Shown one piece after another: positions 57,932 to 64,000 of a stretch of DNA of 64,000 nucleotides. How positions within the stretch are numbered: position 1 is the first letter of the stretch; every line of letters starts with the position of its first letter. Below the pieces are notes generated by a model. It made no database searches. It was not told the DNA's origin and was given only the letters and a program-made list of their open reading frames with translations. A program made the translations under genes and the position numbers. The DNA lies in the NCBI GenBank assembly GCA_049325595.1, contig JBMOLF010000007.1, positions 1 through 64,000 on the forward strand, given 5' to 3'. This stretch comes from Candidatus Babelota bacterium. Its GTDB lineage: Bacteria; Babelota; Babeliae; Babelales; Vermiphilaceae.

Positions 57932-60658
57932 TTGAAAACATTCGAACCAAAACATACTGTTTTTTTAATTGATGGCTCATCTTTTTTGTACCGAGCTTAT
58001 TATGGCGTAAGACCCTTGCATACCTCTAAGGGTGTTCCTGTGCAAGCAGTGTTTAGTTTTTGCCGTATGATCAAAAAATTGGTGGACAATTTTTCACCTG
58101 AATACATAGCAATTGTCTGGGATAGTAAAGGCAAAACTACCCGTCATGAGATGTATCAAGAATATAAAGCAACTCGCCAAGCACCGCCAAGCGATTTATT
58201 TGAGCAAAAAGCTCTAATTGTTGAATTTGCCAATTTGATTGGCATTGCTCAAATTCAGCAACAAGGCATCGAAGCGGATGACATTATGTATAGCATTGCT
58301 CAAGAGCGCGCAAATGAAGGCGATACCACTGTTTTAGTAACTTCAGATAAAGATATGGGTCAAGCCTTGAATGGTTCAATAGTTCTTTATGATGCCTTCA
58401 AAGATAGCTTTATGAATACTCCTGCTTTTGAACAAAAATATGGATTTGCTCCTGATAAGCTTGCATTTTATTTTGCTCTTCTTGGCGATACCTCAGATAA
58501 TATTCCGGGGGTAAAGGGCATTGGTGATAAAGGCGCAACTGATTTGGTTAAGCAGTTTGCGAGCCTGCAAGATATGTATGACAACCTTGATAAGGTTACT
58601 AAAGAGCGTGTAAAGTCTGCATTACTTGCCAATAAAGATAATGCCTTTTTAAGCTATCAACTCTTTGTGCTCCAATACCATCAATCAGGATTATCAAAAG
58701 AACAAATGTTCTTTAATAAAGAAAACTGGGTAAAAGCTCGGGAATTTTTTGCTGAGCTAGATTTTAAGAGTTTAGTAAAAGAAATTGATCAGCAAATTGC
58801 TATAGCTGGTGGCGTTGTGCCTTCGGTCGCCAAAAAAATGGCGCAGTATGAATTTATCACGGTGACTACAACCCAACAACTGGTCGATTTATGTCATGCT
58901 CTTAAAGAAAAAAAAGCTTTTGGTGTTGATACGGAGACAACTGGTTTAGACGCAATGGCAAATGATTGCGTAGGAATTTCTATTAGCGTGGAAGCTGGCA
59001 AATCTTATTATGTACCATTTGGCCACAAAACGGGGGAGCAACAATTAACTAAAGAAGAAATTTTTACTGCCCTAAGACCCTTTTTTGAAGATGCAAATTA
59101 TAAAAAATATTTTCACAATGCAAAATTTGATTTACATGTTTTAGAACAAGCAGGTTTAACGGTTAACGGTCTTGCATTTGATACGCTGGTTGCGGCTAAC
59201 TTAGTGGTAAAAGAATGGCAGCGGATTGGTCTTAAATATTTATCAGAATATTATTTTGACGAACCAATGCTTACCTTTGAAGAAGTAGTAAAAAATAATA
59301 AATATAAAAATTTTTCTTATGTTCCATTAGAACTGGCAACAACCTATGCAGCAAGTGATGCTCATCAAACGCTGCGGCTTGTTCCTTTGCTTGAAAAAGA
59401 GCTAAAGCAAGAGAAAATGGAAGACCTTTACAATCAAATTGAATTTCCATTAATTTCTGTTTTATATGAAATGGAAAAGAGGGGAATTTATTTAGATGTT
59501 AAGCAATTAGAAGAATTAAATAAGCGTGTTACGCAAGAAATTAAATCACTTGAAGCGCAAATAATACTATTGGCTGGTGAAAAATATCGCGATATAAATT
59601 TGAATTCTCCGCGACAAATTGAACAATTGCTTTTTGTAGAGTTGCAATTGCCACCACAAAAAAAGAGCGCTAAAGGTACCAGTTATTCTACCGATCAAGA
59701 AGTGTTAGAGGCATTGGCAGCAATTCATCCAGTTCCTGGATTGTTATTGCGTTATCGCGAACTATTTAAATTAAAAAGTACTTATATAGACGCATTGCCA
59801 AATTACGTAAATCCCAAGACAGGATGCATTCATACTACCTATAGCCAAACAGCGGTTGCAACTGGACGTCTATCAAGCTATGACCCCAATTTGCAAAATA
59901 TACCAGCAGACAGCTCAGGATATGGTATAGAAATCCGAGGCGCATTTAAACCAAAGCCTGGACATATTTTCCTTTCTGCTGATTATTCTCAAATTGAGTT
60001 ACGAGTATTGGCGCATTTATCGCAGGATAAAAATTTAATAGATGCCTTTTTGGCAGGCCATGATATTCATGCTCAAACCGCATCACGTTTGTTTGATGTG
60101 CCATTAGCTCTTGTTAGCCATGAACAACGACAAATTGGTAAACGAATTAATTTTAGTATTTTATATGGTTTAACGCCCTATGGATTGTCAAAAGACCTTA
60201 ATATTCCGTTTAAAGAAGCTAAGCACTATATTGAAAAATATTTTGCTCAATATCCTGGCGTGCAAGAATGGATGGAAAAGGTGATTGTTGATTGTAAGCA
60301 TACCGGTTATGTGCAAACCTTATGGGGCCATCGTCGCTATGTGCCAACTATTCATGAAAAAAATCGCGTAATGTATGAAGAAGCTCGTAGAATTGCCATC
60401 AATACCGTAGCGCAAGGAACCGCGGCCGATATCATGAAAATTGGTATGATCAACCTTGATCGTGCATTAAAAGAGCAAGGACTTGATGCCCATTTGGTAT
60501 TGCAAATTCATGACGAACTGCTTATTAGTGTTCATGAATCACAAAAAGAGCAGGCTGAGCAATTAACTAAATCTATGCTGCAATCGGTAGTGAATTGGGA
60601 AATTCCATTATCAGTGACAACGCGTTTTGGTTCTGATTGGAAAGAAGTTACTAAATAA
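57932..60658 (+). CDS. polA: DNA polymerase I
   Basis: LIDGSSFLYRAYY, GDTSDNIPGV, DTETTG, SADYSQIELR, LQIHDEL; likely TTG start after AAGGA. Confidence 0.97.
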   Translation: MKTFEPKHTVFLIDGSSFLYRAYYGVRPLHTSKGVPVQAVFSFCRMIKKLVDNFSPEYIAIVWDSKGKTTRHEMYQEYKATRQAPPSDLFEQKALIVEFANLIGIAQIQQQGIEADDIMYSIAQERANEGDTTVLVTSDKDMGQALNGSIVLYDAFKDSFMNTPAFEQKYGFAPDKLAFYFALLGDTSDNIPGVKGIGDKGATDLVKQFASLQDMYDNLDKVTKERVKSALLANKDNAFLSYQLFVLQYHQSGLSKEQMFFNKENWVKAREFFAELDFKSLVKEIDQQIAIAGGVVPSVAKKMAQYEFITVTTTQQLVDLCHALKEKKAFGVDTETTGLDAMANDCVGISISVEAGKSYYVPFGHKTGEQQLTKEEIFTALRPFFEDANYKKYFHNAKFDLHVLEQAGLTVNGLAFDTLVAANLVVKEWQRIGLKYLSEYYFDEPMLTFEEVVKNNKYKNFSYVPLELATTYAASDAHQTLRLVPLLEKELKQEKMEDLYNQIEFPLISVLYEMEKRGIYLDVKQLEELNKRVTQEIKSLEAQIILLAGEKYRDINLNSPRQIEQLLFVELQLPPQKKSAKGTSYSTDQEVLEALAAIHPVPGLLLRYRELFKLKSTYIDALPNYVNPKTGCIHTTYSQTAVATGRLSSYDPNLQNIPADSSGYGIEIRGAFKPKPGHIFLSADYSQIELRVLAHLSQDKNLIDAFLAGHDIHAQTASRLFDVPLALVSHEQRQIGKRINFSILYGLTPYGLSKDLNIPFKEAKHYIEKYFAQYPGVQEWMEKVIVDCKHTGYVQTLWGHRRYVPTIHEKNRVMYEEARRIAINTVAQGTAADIMKIGMINLDRALKEQGLDAHLVLQIHDELLISVHESQKEQAEQLTKSMLQSVVNWEIPLSVTTRFGSDWKEVTK

Positions 60659-60682
60659 TTATTTTTATTTAGGTGTCCGGGG

Positions 60683-61045
60683 CTATTTTTTTAGATTTTC
60701 ATGTAAAAGTTTAGCATTAACCCGGGTAAAATAATCGATTGCTTGTTCAAGCGTCATGCTATAAAGATTTGGATGTTCAAATTTTGTTCCTTTAAGCTTA
60801 TCATATGTTATATTTAAATGATTGATTAATTGGGTAAAAGAATCGCAACTACGAATAATCAAATCCGGATTTATTTTTAAAGAATCCGCATTAAAATTTT
60901 GTTGTTTTAAAAGAATAATTTTAGCTTGTAAAACAGCAATGGAATCATGTTTTTCAGGAATCATAATATTGTTGCTCATTGCCTTGTTTGTTAGATGAAC
61001 TGTGGCTGAGAAGAGTAACAAAGTGATAAATGCTATTTGCTTCAT
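60683..61045 (-). CDS. Secreted hypothetical protein
   Basis: GGGAG RBS; signal peptide. Confidence 0.65.
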   Translation of the reverse strand: MKQIAFITLLLFSATVHLTNKAMSNNIMIPEKHDSIAVLQAKIILLKQQNFNADSLKINPDLIIRSCDSFTQLINHLNITYDKLKGTKFEHPNLYSMTLEQAIDYFTRVNAKLLHENLKK

Positions 61046-61063
61046 ATTCTCCCTTTTTGATTT

Positions 61064-61759
61064 TTAGTAAGCTTTGTAATGTAACATTTCTAAATATAAT
61101 TTATCTTGTTGCAATGCTTCTGGATGGGCTACCCATTTATTGCTAGATAATACTAATTCTGCAATGCGCTCATAGTAATACAAAGGGGTTAAGCCATAAT
61201 CATCTTCAATATAGGGGTTTGCGCCATGAGCAAGCAAGGCATGAACAATATTTTGTTGGTTTAGAGTTAATTTTTTATTGGGCCATTCTTTATTTATTAA
61301 AATGGCATAGGTTAATGGTGTTTGCCCCAAATCGTCTTGCGCATTAACATCGGCCTCTTGCTCGAGCAAATAAAGAACCATAGGTAGATTTCCTTTGCTG
61401 CAGGCAAGCATGAGTGGCGTAACGCCGCCATGTTCATTAGAAAGTAATGAAAAAGAAAAATCTTTACTGTTCTTATTTTTGTAATTCACATTGGCACGAG
61501 CTGATACAAGAAGTTGTGCAATATTAAGATGACCTAAATAAGATGCAAAATGCAAAGGAGTATTGTGATTTGTATTAATAGCATTTGGATCAGCTTTTCT
61601 GCGCAATAAAGAATTTGTTTGGATTGTATTACCTCGTTTTGCCGCCTCAATGAGGGCATGATTAATCATGGCTTGTTGGCGTATAGGTAATTCACTTGGA
61701 GTGGTAATGCAGCAGAAAAGTGAGGCTGCTATGAAAAATAGCTGAAAAATGTGTTTCAT
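61064..61759 (-). CDS. Secreted ankyrin repeat protein
   Basis: NTPLHFAS, GVTPLMLAC, GQTPLTYA, GLTPL. Confidence 0.9.
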   Translation of the reverse strand: MKHIFQLFFIAASLFCCITTPSELPIRQQAMINHALIEAAKRGNTIQTNSLLRRKADPNAINTNHNTPLHFASYLGHLNIAQLLVSARANVNYKNKNSKDFSFSLLSNEHGGVTPLMLACSKGNLPMVLYLLEQEADVNAQDDLGQTPLTYAILINKEWPNKKLTLNQQNIVHALLAHGANPYIEDDYGLTPLYYYERIAELVLSSNKWVAHPEALQQDKLYLEMLHYKAY

Positions 61760-62107
61760 AACCAACCTTTTTTAGTTAATATCGAAGCTTTTAATTATTT
61801 ATTTTTATTTCTAAGAAAAATTCTACCCCAAATGAGTTTTTTGTCAATTTAATCATTCAGAGAGTAAGGGCATGAAATTTTCAAATTGTTAACATGAGAA
61901 ATTTCCAAGATAGAATGCCAAAATTATTATTTAATTAGAAAATTTTGATATGGAGTGATATAGAGTAAAAATCTCTAAGAATGATTGACATTTTTATAGA
62001 CAAGGTCATACTATACATGATCTTTGATTAGATTCATGTCAGTATAGTCTATCAAAAAACAAACGTTTCATTTGATAAATATCACATAATATTTTTAAAG
62101 GATTGCG

Positions 62108-62368
62108 ATGGCAACGAGTAAATCCGGTGGTTCGACGCAGAATGGTCGCGATAGTATAAGTAAACGTTTAGGCGTCAAAATTTTTGATGGCCAAGTAGTT
62201 AACGGCGGCGAAATTATAGTTCGTCAACGCGGCACACGCATTCATGCAGGAAAATTTGTAGGAAAAGGAAGTGACGATACCTTGTTTGTATTAAAACCAG
62301 GGATATTAAAGTTCCATTATGGTCCTAAAGGTCGTCGTTACGTTTCAGTAGTTCCAGTAGCTCAGTAA
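62108..62368 (+). CDS. rpmA: 50S ribosomal protein L27
   Basis: [30 protein letters not shown]. Confidence 0.97.
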   Translation: MATSKSGGSTQNGRDSISKRLGVKIFDGQVVNGGEIIVRQRGTRIHAGKFVGKGSDDTLFVLKPGILKFHYGPKGRRYVSVVPVAQ

Positions 62369-62461
62369 ACATATTGTTTTCTAGCTGGAAATGCATTCCC
62401 CTAGTTATCCCAGTATGAAGTATAGAAAAAACGAGAAAAATCTAGTTTTACGGAGAGAGCA

Positions 62462-63349
62462 ATGATTGATTTTGTCAAGCATCGTTATATAGCGTTGACG
62501 CTCAGCGGGTTATTTGTTTTAGCAGCAATTGGCCTTTATGGGTATCGACTTATGACAACAGGTCAAACATTTGCCTATAGCGTAGACTTTACCGGTGGTG
62601 CGCAAGTTTTATTAAAATTTGATAAACCAGTAAGCACTATTCAAATAAGAGATATTCTAGAAAAAGAGGGAATGCAGGGTGTTATTACCCGAGAGTTTTC
62701 TGAGGATGAAGTTTTAGTTCGCGTAAAAGAATTAACATCTGATTCTAAATTGCTTGGCGAAAATATCAAAAATACTATCCAAAGTAACATTCCAGATAAT
62801 AATGTTAAAATCTTGCAAACGGAAATCGTTGGGCCGGGTGTTGGCAAAACATTGCGCTGGAATTCTATCTGGGCTGTATTGATTTCTTTGATTGCCATTT
62901 TGATTTATATCGCCATAAGATTTAGATCGGCTGCTTTTGCAATAGGGGCAATTGTAGCTCTTGCGCATGATGCATTGGTTATGTTGGCTGCATGCTTGAT
63001 ATTTAATCGAGAAATTTCGATTACCGTGATCGGTGCAATGCTTGCGGTGCTTGGATATTCTATTAATGATACTATCGTAATCTTTGCAAGAATTCGCGAT
63101 AATTTGAAAAAAATGCCTCAGGCATCGCTTGAGCAAATTGTTAATATAAGCTTGAACTCTACTTTGCGTAGAACCTTGCTTACTAGCTTTGCAACAATGC
63201 TCACTGTGCTTGCAATGTTTATATTGGGTGGCGAAGCATTAAGAGACTTTTCATTTATATTGCTTGTGGGTATTATTTTTGGTACCTATTCCTCAATATA
63301 TATTGCAAGTCCTATTATGATGATGTTATACAATAAAAAAAATAAGTAA
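62462..63349 (+). CDS. secF: Protein translocase subunit SecF
   Basis: VDFTGG, IVGP, HD, GYSINDTIVIFARIRDN, GTYSSIYIASP. Confidence 0.95.
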   Translation: MIDFVKHRYIALTLSGLFVLAAIGLYGYRLMTTGQTFAYSVDFTGGAQVLLKFDKPVSTIQIRDILEKEGMQGVITREFSEDEVLVRVKELTSDSKLLGENIKNTIQSNIPDNNVKILQTEIVGPGVGKTLRWNSIWAVLISLIAILIYIAIRFRSAAFAIGAIVALAHDALVMLAACLIFNREISITVIGAMLAVLGYSINDTIVIFARIRDNLKKMPQASLEQIVNISLNSTLRRTLLTSFATMLTVLAMFILGGEALRDFSFILLVGIIFGTYSSIYIASPIMMMLYNKKNK

Positions 63350-63679
63350 TTATTTAAAATAATAGTAAGAGTAGTAATAAAAAAGTAGTAGAAGGCGTTG
63401 TTTGTATAAAAAGCGCCTTTATAACCTTGTTATGATTAAAAAAGGTTATATATTAATTAGCGTATGCATTACATGTGTCTCCTCTGAAAAGTTATTTCAG
63501 AAAATTTAATAGAAATTAATGTATGAAAAGCACAATAAGTTGCTGCTTTTTAAATGAAATTCAAATCACGTCATATTTGTTAGCTAATACTCATGTGATA
63601 ATAATGAATATGCAGTATTAGGCATCTAAGGAGTTTTTCAAATGATATCTATGCGTTACTATTCTAAAAGGAGATTTTG

Positions 63680-64000
63680 ATGATTGATCAAGATCAAAAA
63701 CAACCTTTGACTCCCATACAGGAAGATACCACAACTGAGGTTGGACAAAAGGAAGTTGCCGAAAAAGAACAAACTACTCCGGCAGATTTATCTGAAATTA
63801 AAGTTGAGAATCAAATAGAAAATGAAACTCAACCACAAACAACTCCCCCAATGCGTAGTCAAGGCCGTTCAACTCGTAGTGGACATCGCACTGAACGTAG
63901 ATATCATCAAAAAAATACTGATGTTATTCAAAAAGCAGAGCCAGTAAGACCATCCGAATCAAAAGGTTTAGAAAGAGCGTATGATGAACAACCGCCATCT
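63680..64000 (+). CDS. 5' part of a gene with a low-complexity Q/E/T/R-rich N-terminus (runs off window)
   Basis: AAGGAG RBS, ATG 63680, frame open to window end (MIDQDQKQPLTPIQEDTT...). Confidence 0.7.
   Translation, partial: MIDQDQKQPLTPIQEDTTTEVGQKEVAEKEQTTPADLSEIKVENQIENETQPQTTPPMRSQGRSTRSGHRTERRYHQKNTDVIQKAEPVRPSESKGLERAYDEQPPS

Noticed and set aside
1163..63136. Many 60-134 aa ORFs nested in or antisense to secA, hisS, gspE, hppA, alsT, secF and others
   Set aside because: Overlap well-supported genes and show no independent motifs
63390..63510. Several short hairpins after secF as a structured ncRNA
   Set aside because: Short AT-rich stems consistent with a weak terminator or chance; no recognisable RNA family
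63680..64000. Naming the partial ORF as Rho or RNase E
   Set aside because: Only a disordered N-terminus is visible; no diagnostic motif

Overview
AT-rich bacterial chromosome segment. Gene content points to Candidatus Dependentiae/Babelota (TM6), protist-associated intracellular bacteria; this is inferred from the many Sec-signal ankyrin proteins with a Met at the predicted mature N-terminus, a GspE ATPase and a membrane pyrophosphatase. Bases 1-8419 appear to be the right end of a genomic island at the 3' end of tRNA-Glu (tRNA-Lys/tRNA-Glu pair, minus strand). Its large serine recombinase is split by one extra A in an A6 run and reads antisense into the tRNA. The rest is core genome (mgtE, RluA-family synthase, tamB, gspE, bamD, yraN, cdsA, hisS, secA, pgeF, rsmE, tsaB, ruvX, alsT, murE, hppA, polA, rpmA, secF) interleaved with secreted-protein families. 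Top leads: (1) a candidate chlamydia-like disulfide-crosslinked envelope system, made of a 36-Cys protein fusing two OmcA-like repeats to a catalytically degenerate VanX domain, a 19-Cys putative outer-membrane barrel and two paralogous exported coiled-coil proteins; (2) an eight-gene tandem array of secreted ankyrin proteins, several with an F-box-like motif, plus a BC-box-like beta-propeller protein, suggesting host ubiquitin-ligase hijacking; (3) a recurring Met at position +1 after the signal peptide. No CRISPR array, rRNA or phage structural genes were seen. All family calls are by motif recognition only; no searches were run.
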